Source of the DNA: Takakia lepidozioides
Lineage: Eukaryota; Plantae; Bryophyta
DNA length: 64,000 nt
Direction of reading: 5' to 3'
NCBI GenBank assembly: GCA_030704615.1
Contig: CM060731.1
Span: forward strand, 85,436,001 to 85,500,000
Below are positions 23,101 to 36,600 of this stretch, piece by piece. The translations under genes were made by a program, and so were the position numbers. The first letter of the stretch is position 1. Every line of letters begins with the position of its first letter. The notes beneath the pieces are model-generated. The model saw only the letters and a list, made by a program, of their open reading frames with translations, was not told where the DNA came from and searched no databases.

Positions 23101-24252
23101 TTACTATGCCATTGGGGAGAGCTACGCGTGCAGCACTGACACCTGCTACCAAGGCTAGTGCAGCCGGTGTGTTATTGGGGGCAGCCACCTCTGTGTGTCA
23201 AGCCCCACTGTTCTCGGCAACCATGATTGCGACGCCGGGGGTAAGACCAGCTGCAGTGTTCAGACTAGCAGCAACACTCTGCGAGAGTGGGGAGGTCACT
23301 TCATCTTCTTCGGAGTTACTGGAAGGTGTAGTGGCAGAGGGATCCTCGGATTTGAGGGTCAAGACTGCCACGGCTGCGCCATGGCAAGTTGCAACTGCCA
23401 GGTTGACGGAGCTGCCAGCTAGGCCAGCCTTTGAGCGCGCCATGGTGACACCTGGAGTTGTCTTGTTAGACAACCAGGGAGGCATTTTCACTTTGAGTGG
23501 ACCGGCAGGCAAGAAGTACCGGCCACTGCGGGTCTTTTTGGACTCAGGAGCTCAGCCACTGATGTTGGGCAGAGCTGCTATTGTAGGTTTGGGCCTCATG
23601 GAGGCGGATATGGAGCCTTGTCCTTTCCAGATACAGACATCTCTGGGAGGATCAGAGCAGGCTCGGGGCATGACACGGCGTGAGTTGGCCATTGGGCTAC
23701 AACCAGATCATCATGTAGATGGCTCAGTGATGCGAGCCAAGGCCATTGTGACAGACGCGGTCTCTTACGATGTCCTTGTTGGTGGGGCAGTGTTATATCC
23801 CATGGGCTTCACCCTGGACTTTTGAGAGGAGTCAGCATCCTACAGGCCTGGATGGCAGTCAGGGGATGGTCGTTGTGCACAGCTCCCTGTAACATTCATT
23901 GGGGGGTATTGCGGCTGCCTAGCGGGGCAAGCTGCCAACACTCGCCGCCTTTACAGCTGCAGTTAGTTGGCCTGGAGAGTTGCTGGAAGGCAATGCCCAT
24001 GCAGAGGATGTGCCATCTCCAGCAGAGCAGGATGACATGCATGGTATGGCGGAGTTGCCTGTCATGGTTGCTCACACTCCATTATGGGGTACGAGCAAGG
24101 ATTTGCAGCAGGCTGCTGATGGACAGGTACAACAAGCCTGGGTAGAGGCCTTCGTACTGTCAGGAGAAGAGGAGAGTGCGGTGATTGCACTAGGACCACC
24201 TCAGTTATCGCCATTGGACACCACACCTCTTGTGTAGCAGTGCCCGGATGAA

Positions 24253-25200
24253 GGCATATGCCTTCTGGACTTGTTTGGCGGGATCAGCACTGGATTGGCT
24301 GCAGTACTGCAGGCAGGTGTACGAGTTCGACATTACCTGTATGTGGAGAGGGATGAGACTGCACGACGCGTCTCACTGCGCCATGTTGCTCAGTTGGTAC
24401 AGCAGTACCCTGATTTGTTGCCAGTGTCTGCAGTTCGTGGATACCAACAAGCCTTGCCAGCAGACATTTCGTTGCTGGGGGCGCATGATTTGGAGCGGGT
24501 TGGCTCTATTGATCTGGTAGTGGCAGGTTGGCCCTGCCAAGGGCATTCATCAGCCGGGCATGGCAATGGATTGCGAGACTCGAGGACGGGTCTGCTTTGG
24601 GAGATGGTGCGGATTTTGCGCCACTTGCAGCTTCATCAAGCTGTATCTCCAGCATACATCTTGGAGAATGTACCACTGATGGGTGATTCTCGGGCCAGGG
24701 TGATGGCCAGTGTGCATCAAGTCCGGTCGTGGCTTGGGTCAGCAGTGTTGCTGGATGCAGCTGCAGTGGGGTCATGGGCTCATCGTCCACGGCTATGGTG
24801 GACTAACTTGATGCCACCCGCACTGCTCAAGCGTGCATTTGATGGGGTGCAGCGGCCAGCACACCTCACAGTGGATAGCATTTTGGACACAGGGAGGCAG
24901 TCTCAACGTGTGAGACACAATGACCGTTCGCCTTTGGTAGTGGTCAACAGGGTGGGTCAACCACGAGCAACATTACCTACACTGCTCAGCTTCCCAGGAT
25001 CCCATGCTTTTTGGGATGGTGGACCTGGCCTCTTGTGGGATAGCCAGTTGCAACAATTAGTGGAGCCCATGACGAGCGCGAGCGGGCGATGGATTTTACC
25101 ACAGGTACCACGGCGGTGCCATCTCTTTCTGAGGCATCACGTCGTCAGGTGTTGGGGCAAGCAATGGATCTCAATTGCTTGACCTGGATGGCTATGGCTG
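24253..25200 (+). pseudogene. C5-cytosine DNA methyltransferase domain within pol (DNMT3-like)
   Basis: Motif I LDLFGGI, II YVERD, IV AGWPCQG, VI ILENV, VIII AHRPRLWWTN, IX ERERAM, X LGQAMD. One frameshift near 25070. Confidence 0.9.
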
Positions 25201-28200
25201 AGCAGCGCAGAGTACGGAGTACATTTCCCTTCATGGTCTCCCTGCCTACCGAGACGGTACAGGCAGTAAGTGGGGGCAAGCAGGTGAGGACCACAAGGTG
25301 CAGGCCGCATCCATGGCACACGTGGGAGGTGCTCGAGGTTCAGAAGGAGTTGGCAGCCAAGGCGGCGGTGATGGATCAGGTTGGGGATTTTTCTCGGATT
25401 GAGGAGGTCCTCAAGGATGGGATGATGGGGCAGGATGAGACATTGTCACTGACAGAGGAGGCAGTGGTCACTGCTAAAGAGGTTGCAGCATAGCAACCAC
25501 GGGACGCGTCTTCTACCTCTAAGCCTGCTGGACTCAAGGTTGCAGTCACGGAGGACAACTGGGAGCCTGATGTTGGACCTATAGTCACCGGAGGAGAGAG
25601 ACGACGTATACGGCGGTTCTTGAGGGCTTACAGGAACTGCTTTGCCTTCAGTTTGAAGGACTTAGGAGCACTGAAGGGTCAAGAGATTCGCATTGAATTG
25701 GCTACTGACACGCCAATCTTTTGGAGACCCTATAGATACAGTGACATGGAGAGGTCCTTGATTCAGATGAGAACTCAGGACCTTTGGGAGGCTGGTTTGG
25801 TGGAGCTATCTGGGGAGAGTATGCTTCAGCCACAGTGATGCCAGCCAAGAAGGATGTCTTTGGCAATTGGATGGAGAGACGTATGTGCGGTGATTACCGG
25901 CTTGTAAATCGTCAGACCAAGTCCGATAGGTATGCCATGCCAACACCAGAGGAGATCTTTGATGCCATTGGGCATGCCAAGGTCTTTAGCACGTTGGATT
26001 TACGATCCGGATATCACCAGTTGCCGATCAAGGAGGCGGATAAGCAAAAGACGACATTCTGGGGGATCAATGAGCACGGGAAGGATTGCCTATACCAGTG
26101 GCGGTTCTTACCATTTGGGCTTAAGAACGATCCGGCAGAGTTTCAGAGAGTCATGGACAGGATTCTAGCAGGGGTGGAGTTTGCTCGGTGCTACATAGAT
26201 GACATCATCATCTTTAGTGCTACGGTGGAAGAGCATGAGAGACACCTTCAGGGGGTATTTGAGCGCTTGAGGGCGCACGGATTGAAGTTACATCCGGGAA
26301 AGTGCAAGTTTTCCCACAACCAGATTGAGTATCTGGGTCACATGATATATCCTAGAGGATTGGGGGTACAACAGACTAAGGTAGAGTCCATTGCACAGGT
26401 TCCACGCCCCACGGATGTGAGCCGAGTTTGAGCTTTCATGGGGTTAGCAAACTATTATAGATGGTTTGTTAAGGGATTTAGTGCCATTGCAAAGGCTCTA
26501 ACCAAGCTGACCAAGGTGGACCAGGAGTGGCAGTGGGAAGATGAGCAAGAACAAGCTTTTCAAGAGCTCAAGGCGAGGTTGACCTCGGCGCCCATCTTGA
26601 GACGACCTATCAGGGGGCGTCCTTTTCAGTTGCATACAGATTGGAGCAGGCTGGGGCTTGGAGCGGTGCTCACACAGGTGGACGATGAGGGAAGAGAGTT
26701 GATAGTGGCTTATGCTAGCCGCTCGAACAACGTTGCAGAGTCTAAGTATAGCTCATATGAGGGAGAATGCTTAGCTGCAGTGTGGGCCGTGGCACACTTC
26801 AGGTGCTATCTATACGGCAATCTCTTCATCCTTGTCACGGATCACCAACCACTCAAGTGGTTGATGGAGTCAGACAAGCTTACGGGGAAGCTTGCACGGT
26901 GGGCACTCATCCTTCAAGAGTATGACTTTCAGGTGGTGCATCGACCAGGTTTGGTCAATTGCAATGCAGATGGGTTGAGTCGCAATCCATGCACGAGCCA
27001 GCAAGATGACACTGGAGCTCGGTGGCATGGTGAGACGGACGAGGAGATGGTGCCCGGATGGCATGCATCTGCATTTCTGTGTATCTTGGCAGCGGAAGGC
27101 CAGGTTGGACCTGCAACAGGGATGACTGTAGATCAAGTGTCTGAGGACCCTGAGGCCAGCAATGAGCAAGGTGGCGCCAAAGATATACATGAGGATTCAG
27201 TTGTGTTGGACTACCTCCGCACTTGAGACACTGCAGCCACTGTGACTGCCAATGAGAGGGATCGGATCCTACAACGAGCCAAGAGGTTCAAGTGGGAGGG
27301 GACACACCTACTCCGAGTGTGGGAGGATGGTCGAGTGAGGATTGTGCCTCACCCAACACAACGGGCACGGTTAGTGCGGCATGCCCATGAGGAGTTGGGG
27401 CATTTTGGGGTGGGACGCACTCATAGTCTACTGCAGGGGCAGTATTGGTGGCGTGGTATGCACACAGAGGTGCAACAATTTGTGGCTAGGTGCATGGTGT
27501 GTGACAAGGTGTGTGCTTCATTCAACGCCCCTACTCCATAATTGCACCCTCTTCCGATCATGGGATTGGGCTACAGGTGGAGTCTTGACTTCGCAGGGCC
27601 ATTGCCACTTACCATGCGCCACAACAAGTACGTGTTGGTGATGGTGGAGCACTTCTCCAAGTGGATTGAATTGGTTCCATTGCCTGATAAGGCTAGTGAG
27701 GGAGCTGCGTATGCATTCTTGGATTGTGTGCTTAGCCGATTCGGTGCTCCAGCTGAGGTACTCACGGACCAAGGGAGAGAGTTCTTGGGGGAGTTTCAGG
27801 CTTTGTGTAACAAGGCCTTGATAGACCACCGCACCACTTCTCGGGATCATCCTGAGGCCGATGGCTTGGCAGAGAGAGTTGTTCAGACAGTAAAGAGGGG
27901 TTTGCGCAAGTATGGCTTGCAGAAGGGACACCTAGGAGATTGGGACCTTCAGTTACCCTAGTTAGCCATGGGCTACAGGTTCAGCAAACAAGCATCACTT
28001 GCCTCCTTCTCACCATACTTTCTTCTCTTTGGCCGAGAGCCAGATTTGCCTACATCCATTTGCAGAGAAACTGCTACAGTTCTTAACCTTGACGATCCGG
28101 ACGTGTGGGCACGTGCATGTGAGCAGCGTGCAGAGTTGTTCAAGAAAGTCATGCCCATGGCTTTCGAGAACCTTGCCATTGCACAACATCATGATACGTT

Positions 28201-28483
28201 GAGGTATGCTACCATACGTGGTGGGGGCTATCGTCCTGGGGTTCGGAGATTCAACCCTGGTGACTATGTCTATCTGTAGCAGACTGCTCCTACGATATTG
28301 GATGTGACTGCAGGACGTGTTATTTTGAGGGTTCGAGAGGTTTTGCCCTCAGGCGTCTTGGTCTTGGAGGGTCGGGATCGCATAACTTGGAAGGACCATG
28401 TGCGTAATTGTGCGCCATGTCACCTTCCGAATGTCGATGGCAGGATTGACCAAAACCTGGCAGTGGTATCTGCAAGTTTGAAA

Positions 28484-28627
28484 TGCATGTTGTGTGGGTC
28501 TGCTAGAGGGGCAGCCACCATGCTGGAGTGTGATCGATGCTCTAGAGGTTGGCATATGGGATGCTTGAATCCACCTCTTGAGATGGTTCCTGATGGGGAT
28601 TGGTTATGTCCGTATTGCATTGGATAG
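28484..28627 (+). other. PHD finger at the C-terminus of integrase
   Basis: CMLC...MLECDRCSRGWHMGCLNPPLEMVPDGDWLCPYC is a C4HC3 finger. Confidence 0.92.
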
Positions 28628-28884
28628 TGGGAGTGGATACAACCATGGAAGGCTAACAAGAAATGCAAGGCCAAGCTACTAGGAGACCAACACACGAGAT
28701 CCTGACTCAAGCTCACAGATTGCAAGACGGCGACTAACGATGGGGTTGCTCTTGTACCCGGCCTCTTGGTCTATAGAGTTTGAGTACAATAGGGACAGTG
28801 ATAGAGGACTTAGTACGGCTGTGGCTATTACATCTTGTAGCTATCTGGAGTTAGAGGGACCTAACCACCAGCTAGGGGGGCGAT

Positions 28885-29477
28885 TGTGGTATAGCTTTCT
28901 AGGATTGTGTGCTTAGATTGTGTGGTGGATAGCGATGTATGTTGTGGCACGATGCTTAGGTGCACGACAGCTGTCATGGTTTTAGTCATGGCTATCTAGA
29001 ATTACCTACTTCTAGTTAACTAGGACATTTTAGATATTTATATTTATATTTGTGTGTTGGGACTTCATTTGGTCTCACATGCCAAGTGAGGTGTCGAGCC
29101 TCACTTTAGACATGGAGATAGGTTTTCCCCTTGTGAGTGTTGAGGAGGCTCATCTTCTTGTAGTTGAGCCTCCATGAGTTTCTCTCACCTCCATAGCTCT
29201 AGGTATTGAGAGGGAGTGTGTTGAGGGCTTTGTAGGGTGGATTCCTTTAGCAAAGGTGCCCTTGGCTTGACTTAGTTTATGTGATAGAGTGGATTTCACT
29301 TGGAAGGACTAGGGCTTGTTCTTCATGTGATTGCTTCATGCTTTGAGAGCTTTCATTGTCTTCTACTTCTCTCATTTCTCATCTCTTATCATTGTGGTAT
29401 AGCTTTCTAGGATTGTGTGCTTAGATTGTGTGGTGGACAACGATGTATGTTGTGGCACGATGCTTAGGTGCACAACA
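28885..29477 (+). repeat. 3' LTR of the DNMT-Gypsy element, bracketed by an 85-bp direct repeat
   Basis: Starts TG after the PPT and ends CA; 28885-28969 is repeated at 29393-29477. Confidence 0.7.
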
Positions 29478-30610
29478 GAGACTCGGATTGCCAATGCTCT
29501 TGGGATGGCATGTACTATTCAGAGCTCCCGGGACGTACCCGCACCCGGCCTTGGGTGTGTTTACCGGATGGCAAGTATCAAAATATGGCAATATTATCCG
29601 TGCAAGCATCAGTATTACATTTACCTGAAGTGGCTGAGGTGTAACTTGAGTATTGATGACTTTGTTCATGCACCAACGTTGAGCGTCAACGAGCTGCACA
29701 AACTCCTCGGCAAGGATTTCGGGAAAATCATTGATGGCCGGGCAAAAGGAATCCACCATTTGGATATTTTCAATTGCATTTTTATGCAGTAGACTTTGTT
29801 TTGCAGTCTAATGAAATCCACGACAATACTCCTGGAATGAGACCTACAAATAAAAGTAATGTCTCATTCAAACATATTATGGTCTTCTGGATATCCATTG
29901 TGCAATTTGTTATGCACCCCTTATGGACTATAGCTTACAAAGTCCGGCGATTGAGGTCCACTGGCAGTTCAATGTCAAAACAGAATCCATAATAAGATGG
30001 CGGCAGGATGAATCACAGATCTTTCCAAAAAACTGAGTTCAAATATTGGCAGTTGTGGGGATCATTTCTGGAAATATAGCGTCGAATTTCCAGATTTTGG
30101 GCCAAAAACTGGCTATATCCCAGCATGTCTGGGTACCATGTCTGGAATTTCCAATTATGTGGCCAAAAAGTGCCCAAGTTCGGTGCAGTTGTAGGCACTA
30201 TCTACCGAAATTCGGCGCCGCATTTCCAATTTTGGGGCCAAACTACTTGAATGGCAGGGACCTATTGCCGCAAAATTTGGCACCATTTTTCCGGGGATGC
30301 ACCTATTAACGCAAAATGCGTTGTCATTTCCCAAGGTTCCGGAACTTATTACCGCGCAATTCAGCGCCATTTTTCCAGATCTCGACTGCATTTGCCATGA
30401 GCGCAGAGAAAATTTCATGAGCACGGCTCTCAAAACTTCATTTTCAGTTTCACATAATGAATATTATATCATTATTTTTTGACATATTCCATTAAAAATA
30501 CTTTTTTAGTATTTTTTTAATCCTGCCGCATTTCCAAATTTCAGACTTCTGCTCATGAAAACCGATTGTCTTACTACTCCGCTCATGCCGCTCATGAAAT
30601 AGCTAACCTC
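29478..30610 (+). mobile_element. MULE end fragment in opposite orientation (transposase C-terminus plus TIR)
   Basis: ETRIANALGMACTI...YPCKHQYYIYLK on the plus strand, subterminal repeats, and a TIR ending AGCTAACCTC at 30610. Confidence 0.85.
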
Positions 30611-30876
30611 GAGTTTTTATCAGATCATTATCCAGTTCCGGAACCTCCAGAAGCTCCTGCAATCATCACACTTCAGTAGATTAGCATGAGTTGAAAAAAC
30701 GATGGACAATGGACAATTACGTAGTCATACAGTAAGTAGAATTTCAGCAAGGTAGGGTAGCACGGGAGACCTCCCCTGACCTGGGCTGCCATCAATGTGT
30801 GTTGCCTCCGACAATAAAAAATGTGGTCGTATCCAATTCGCGCTCATTGAGAGGTTTCCTGCTCCACACCTTGGTG

Positions 30877-32665
30877 GACGAAGCTCAAGATGAGCACGGC
30901 CTTCCGACCTACAACGGACGGCCAAACGGAAAGAGTGAACTCCGTGGTGAAGCAGATCTTGCGGAATTATGTGTCGGCAGACCAGTCGGACTGGGTGGAG
31001 CACTTGGATGCGGCAGAGTTATGTTATAATAACACAAAACACTCCGCAACGGGAGTTTCCCCTTTTGTATTGGTATATGGAAAAGCACCTCTGGTGCCGA
31101 CAAGTTGGGCCGCCCAGGACGGTGAGGAACCGGCAGCAGCAGCGGTAATGGGAGAACGCGAGCATTTGTTGGAGCTCGCAAAGTACAACATTGTCAAAGC
31201 TAGGAAACGGTATGAACGGCAGGCAAATCGGAAGCGGAGGGAAGTTAAGTTTGAGGCAGGCACGGAGGTCTGGTTGAACATCAAGAATTTTTGACTACCT
31301 CCGGAAGTGAGTCCAAAGTTCGTACCTCCGTATGCGGGGCCCTTTCGCATCCATAAGGTTATGAATGAGGATGTGTATAAATTGGAGCTGCTTGCAAACA
31401 GCAAGGTGCATCCAGTATTCCACGTTTCTCTTTTTAAGCCTTACTTCAAAGATGAAGCGCGTCCGAATCGGCTGCAAGTGTTGCGTCCGCCACCAGTGCT
31501 GTTGGATCTTGAAAATGAACCTGAGTACGAGGTGGAGGCAGTGCTTAAGTCGAGGAGGTTCAAGAATCGAGAAACGGAGTATCTCGTGAAATGGAAGGGC
31601 TATTATCAAGTGGAGGCAACTTGGGTGCGTGCCTCAGAAATGGGAAACGCATCCGAGGCGGTTACAGCTTTCGAAGGGCGACCTCAAAAGCGGAAGAAGC
31701 GTTGATGGGGACATCAACCTTGGATCGTGGGGGAGGAAATGCATGCTTAGTCCGGCTTAGCTAGCTCAGGAATCCGATTGCAAAGACTTGTGTTGTACAA
31801 ATCTTGTTTATAAATGAAATGGCTTCCAAATGTTGTGCATCCTATTTTGTTTGGAATGGTGATGCACGGTATGGTTGGCTAGTGTGTAGAATGCATGCTA
31901 GCTTACAAAAGTGGGAGAGGTAAATTGGATTAATCGTGTGTTTGCACAGTGCCGAAATTGGGTGACTCCCATCCAAGAGGCAAGGAAACTTGCACCTTCT
32001 TCGGGAGTTCACGTGCTAGTGCGCACCTAGCGCGTGCACATACTATAAATGCGCTACTGAGGGGGTTGCCTTGTAGTGCGGGCTAACGCGGAAGCTACGT
32101 GCTTCCGTTCACGTACTATAATCGTGTAGCCTTGGGACGAAGTTGTAGTGCAACTTCGGCATGTTCCCGTACCTCAGGCCAGCATTCCAAGGTGGACCCA
32201 ATTGTAGTGATTGGGACGCACGGTTGGTTCAAGGTTATCTTACTAGTCAAAAAGGGTTCAAGGTGAACCCTTGCTCAAGGTGATGCCAAAAAAGCGGCAT
32301 CATGAGCAGTCGCAAGCAATATTTTTGCAGTACGAAGATTCGATCCTCGGGGAGGATCGTTCCTTGGCCTTGAAGTGGGCCATGAAGAGTGCATTGGGTG
32401 GAGCTTGAGAGGCTCCACCCTTGGCCGGGACTTGGAGGAAGTCGGCCGAACTAGCTAGTGGAGAGTAGAGTCAAGTGGGGGTTTGGTTCTTTGTCATGGG
32501 ATGCCATGGTACGGAAACAAACTCCTTGATGTGGGACGCCACAACTTAGATGTTAGTTTCCACAAAAAGGGACAAGTCGATGAGGACATCGACTCCTCGT
32601 TGGTAGGGGTGTGTGTCGCGGCCCTTTGTCTTGAGGGCGAGGGGTCGGGACACATGGGGGGCTGC
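30877..32665 (+). mobile_element. Chromovirus fragment (integrase C-terminus, chromodomain, 3' UTR, first ~50 bp of LTR)
   Basis: Close homology to about 12490-14260; LTR starts at about 32614 and is truncated. Confidence 0.92.
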
Positions 32666-33480
32666 AAATTCGGCGCCGAATTTCCATTTATGCGGGATTC
32701 GACTTACCTGCTGGATGGAAATTCGGCGCCGAATTTCCATTCATCCGGTATTGGAATTACCTGCTGGATGGAAATTCGGAGCCGAATTTCCATTTATGCG
32801 GGATTCGACTTACCTGCTGGATGGAAATTCGGCGCCGAATTTCCATTCATCCGGGATCCGAATTACCTGCAGGAGGGAAATTCGGCGCCGAATTACCTGC
32901 TTGAGGGAAATTTGGCGCACCGCCCTACCTGCGCGGATGGAAATTCGGCGCCGGATTTCCATCCGCGCGCTTCCGAATTACCTGCATGAGGGAAATTTCC
33001 ACCGCCGCCCTACCTGCGCGGATGGAAATTCGGCGCCGGATTTCCATCCGCGCGCTTCCGAATTACCTGCATGAGGGAAATTTCCACCGCCGCCCTACCT
33101 CCGCGGATGGAAATTCGGCGCCGGATTTCCATCCGCGCGCTTCCGAATTACCTGCATGAGGGAAATTTCCACCGCCGCCCTACCTCCGCGGATGGAAATT
33201 CGGCGCCGGATTTCCATCCGCGCGCTTCCGAATTACCTGCATGAGGGAAATTTCCACCGCCGCCCTACCTCCGCGGATGGAAATTCGGCGCCGGATTTCC
33301 ATCCGCGCGCTTCCGAATTACCTGCATGAGGGAAATTTCCAGCGCCGCCCTTCCTCCGCGGATGGAAATTCGGCGCCGGATATCCATCCTGCTGCGCTCC
33401 GAATTACCTGCAGGATGGAAATCCGGCGCCGGAATTCCATCGTGCAGCGCTCCGAATTACCTCTACGTTGGAAATTCCGG
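32666..33480. repeat. Palindrome array, subfamily B (GGAAATTCGGCGCCG(A/G)ATTTCC), including about six 85-bp units
   Basis: GATGGAAATTCGG recurs at 32936, 33021, 33106, 33191, 33276 and 33361. Confidence 0.92.
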
Positions 33481-33691
33481 GACTGTTTACGTCGATTTTC
33501 ATCCGACATGGAGGGCTTCATCCGACATTTAATTGCGCAGTTGGGCAATAAATGTCGACGGCCGTCGGTTATTATTTGGGCTGGCGACGCATGGCTTCCT
33601 GGACACGTACCCTAAATCTCATTCTAAACTTGGCTTAACATGGTATTCCAGGCATGTACCCCAAAAAAGGAGATCTTTTTGGCTGGGACTT

Positions 33692-36600
33692 ATGCCGCCT
33701 GAAGGGCGTGGCTCTCCTGAGAGAGACCTCACATCCAGACCGCGGCGGAAGTTGAAAGCTCTGTACTACGGACGACGGCCAATCTCTCGCATGGCCAAAC
33801 TGAAGCTCCAGCAGGAGATTCCAGTGTCTTGCTCACAACCTGCGCCAACTGAAGCCGAGTACTCTCAGGCAAGCCACTTCTGCTTTCGGTTTGTTCGATT
33901 TATTTTTTGCTTTCGCTTTGTTTTTGCATCTTCATCCTGGCTTTGCTGTATTAGTGAACTTTAGATAGTTGAGTGAACCTTAGATTGTTTGCAATGCGTG
34001 TGCAAATCCGGCAGCTCTGGAGAAGGCTGCTTGTGCATGTCATTCTTAGGCAATGGTTGCATTTGTTTTCATTGTTGTTGCATGGCTCTCCATACTTCCT
34101 AAACTTGTTATGTTTTCATTTTTGCTACATGATTGTTGCTATGGTGGTTGCGCTGCTCGTTGCAATGCTGCTTTTTGCACCGATGTTGGTTTTCACGATT
34201 TTTGTCAATGACAGAGTGACGACGAGCCCGGCACGCTGGTGGTATCATCGACGGCTCCAACTCATCGCCTGTTTGAATCGCCCAACTTGGGGCGAGAGGG
34301 CAAACTTAAACCTTTTGTTGGTGGACGGGAGGACTTGCAACGAGATTACGACAGAGTAGGCATTGGGGAGGTTGGTGCAGGCGGCATGGCAGGTGAAGGG
34401 CGTGAGGACATGAGGACAGCAGATCCGGCAATGGAGGTTGTTCATGCACATGCAGTAGGGCCCGCCCACGCAAAGAAAAAGAAGAAAGCTAAGCACATGC
34501 AATCCCCGGCGAGAGAGCAGTCACGGGCTGCGGAGGGGGGAGTGAGCAGTGCGCGCGAGGGTTTCAGTTCGCCTCAATCAAAGGTGGTCGTCCTGGAGGG
34601 CTCCCCTGCTGCTAGCCCTAGTAAGAAACAGAAAGCCCGTGAGAGGGCAAAAGAGAGGGCAAAAGAACAGACGAGACAGAATGCTAGCCAGGAGGAAAGA
34701 CAAAAGGCAACTGAAGAGGCCAGGGGTGCCCAAATGACAGATGCCAATGTAAGCGAGGGACCCACAGAGACGGTGGATCCCTACAAGACACCACAGAGAG
34801 GCAGTAGCACACCGGTTAGACCATCGCGGGCAAGAGCAGCCCCCGCAATTACCCATACGGTGGAGAGTGGAGGAGAGGAAATAATACCTGAAAGAGCACG
34901 GATTGTGCAAGTTCGAGGTGAAGCCAGGGAGAGGGCAGTAGAGACGACAAGAGTGCTGGAGGTTGTTTCGCAGGTGGCTGACCCTGTTGAGGAGGACGAC
35001 ATGGAGGTTTCTGACCAGGATGACATCCTCCCGGACATCCCCAGGCCCCAAACCCGGAGCATACAGGCTGGATTTGGCGGTCCTGGTGGGCTGCCGGAAA
35101 ACCCCTCTGCAGCAGACGTCATGTCTGAGGCGGATATGAAGTTGGCCGCTGCCAAGATGTTGGAGGCAACCCACAGCAACATTGGCAGGGTGCTGGGGGC
35201 ATGGTGTACCCGGCCAAGCTTCGAATTCCCCTTTGCCGCTTGGTGTCATTGCAGGTGGTGAGACCTGCCCTGCCAGGCGATATCGACAAGCTGAAATTCT
35301 CTTTCCGGGATGGATATCGAATGGGGTCTGCCGCCTTTTACGTTTCCATTGAGAACGACCACGGAGCTTCCCGTGCCCACACTTCCGATGAGGTGGACAA
35401 ATGGGGTCCCCATTGGCAAACGCGAAATGAGGAGTTCGAGAGATCGATTGCTAGTGATCCTCTTTTCCAGCACATGTCCGGTAAGATGTTCTACGTGTGG
35501 GACGGCAATCATCGCCTCCTGGCATGGATGGAGCACATTGCCCAAGCCCACCCCAACGATCTCGATTGGCATTTCGCCGTCGATTGTGTTGTGCTGAAGG
35601 TTGCGGGGCCCAAAGATCGCAGTCTTCTCAAAGCTGCAATGGCCGACATCAACTCGTAAGCTACAACCCCTCTCGCTTTTGGACTTTGAATTTGGAAGTC
35701 ATTTCATTGCGAATCCTCATATATGATGAAAATTCCCATTTCAGTATTGTTTGATGGAAATGTGGCACTGCAGGGTGACTGAGAATGCCTTCATTGCCAC
35801 GAACTTGTCCCATATGCTCTTCCGAGTGAAGGATGTCGGGAAGCAGGGGGTGCAAGAGTTTGCCAATTCCCTCAGTGCCGACCTCCTGCGCAAGTCGGAG
35901 GCAAAGGCAGACAGAACCTGGTATAGGCTGAGCGTCGACGCCATGGTGGACTACATATTTCGGGTAAAGCTCCTCACAGTTTTGTTGAGCTAATTTGTCT
36001 CTCCTCCCCCAATAGAAGAAATTGTGTTGAGCAGGATCTCTAATCTTATGTGCGCCTTTTCGACAGACGAAAATACAGCAGGATTTGGCACATGCGCGGA
36101 GGTTCTACATGGAGTCAGAGGAGAAGAATCCAACCCTCCCGGAACTTGAATCGTATGTCAAAGCTGCGGAGGTGAGGGCCCGCATAAAGTACAAGTCGCG
36201 GATGGTAAAGTACGTGGCCATAGCTGATCCCGCCCTTGGTGCCGACTTTCTGGTGGAGGTGGGGAAGCACTACTCTCGCGCTCTGAAGCCCACGATGACA
36301 TTGGAGAAGCTCCATCGTCTAGCCACATCCTGTGTGGATGCAACAGAAAAGGTGATACATTCTTAACCAAATTGTGGTGGCAACAACTCCTTTTTGTGGT
36401 GTTTGGCGCTTACGAATATGCTGGGTGGTTGGACAGACCCGGTGGCTCCAAATCTGGAATGGTTCCCAAAGTACCAGGGACATGTGGAGCTTCCCCAAAC
36501 CGGACAAACTCTCTGACCCCACATTCGACATGTGGATGAACCGCATGACATGGTGGTTTCAGGTACTTCCCCACGCTTCGTTTGGGGCTTGTACTCTAGT

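Larger units (their letters stand above)
20770..29477 (+). mobile_element. Degenerate Ty3/Gypsy retrotransposon carrying a C5 DNA methyltransferase and a PHD finger (5' LTR not found; left boundary uncertain)
   Basis: Domain order: gag with two zinc knuckles (~21490-22700), protease FLDSGAQ (~23540), DNMT, RT YIDD (~26195), RNase H LHTDWS, integrase SLDF/LTDQG/AER, PHD, PPT AGGGGGG, LTR. Many nonsense mutations. Confidence 0.9.

Noticed and set aside
1951-30610. A single 28.7-kb element bounded by the inverted TIR pair
   Set aside because: There is no TSD, and both ends carry the transposase C-terminus, so they are the same end of two oppositely oriented copies.
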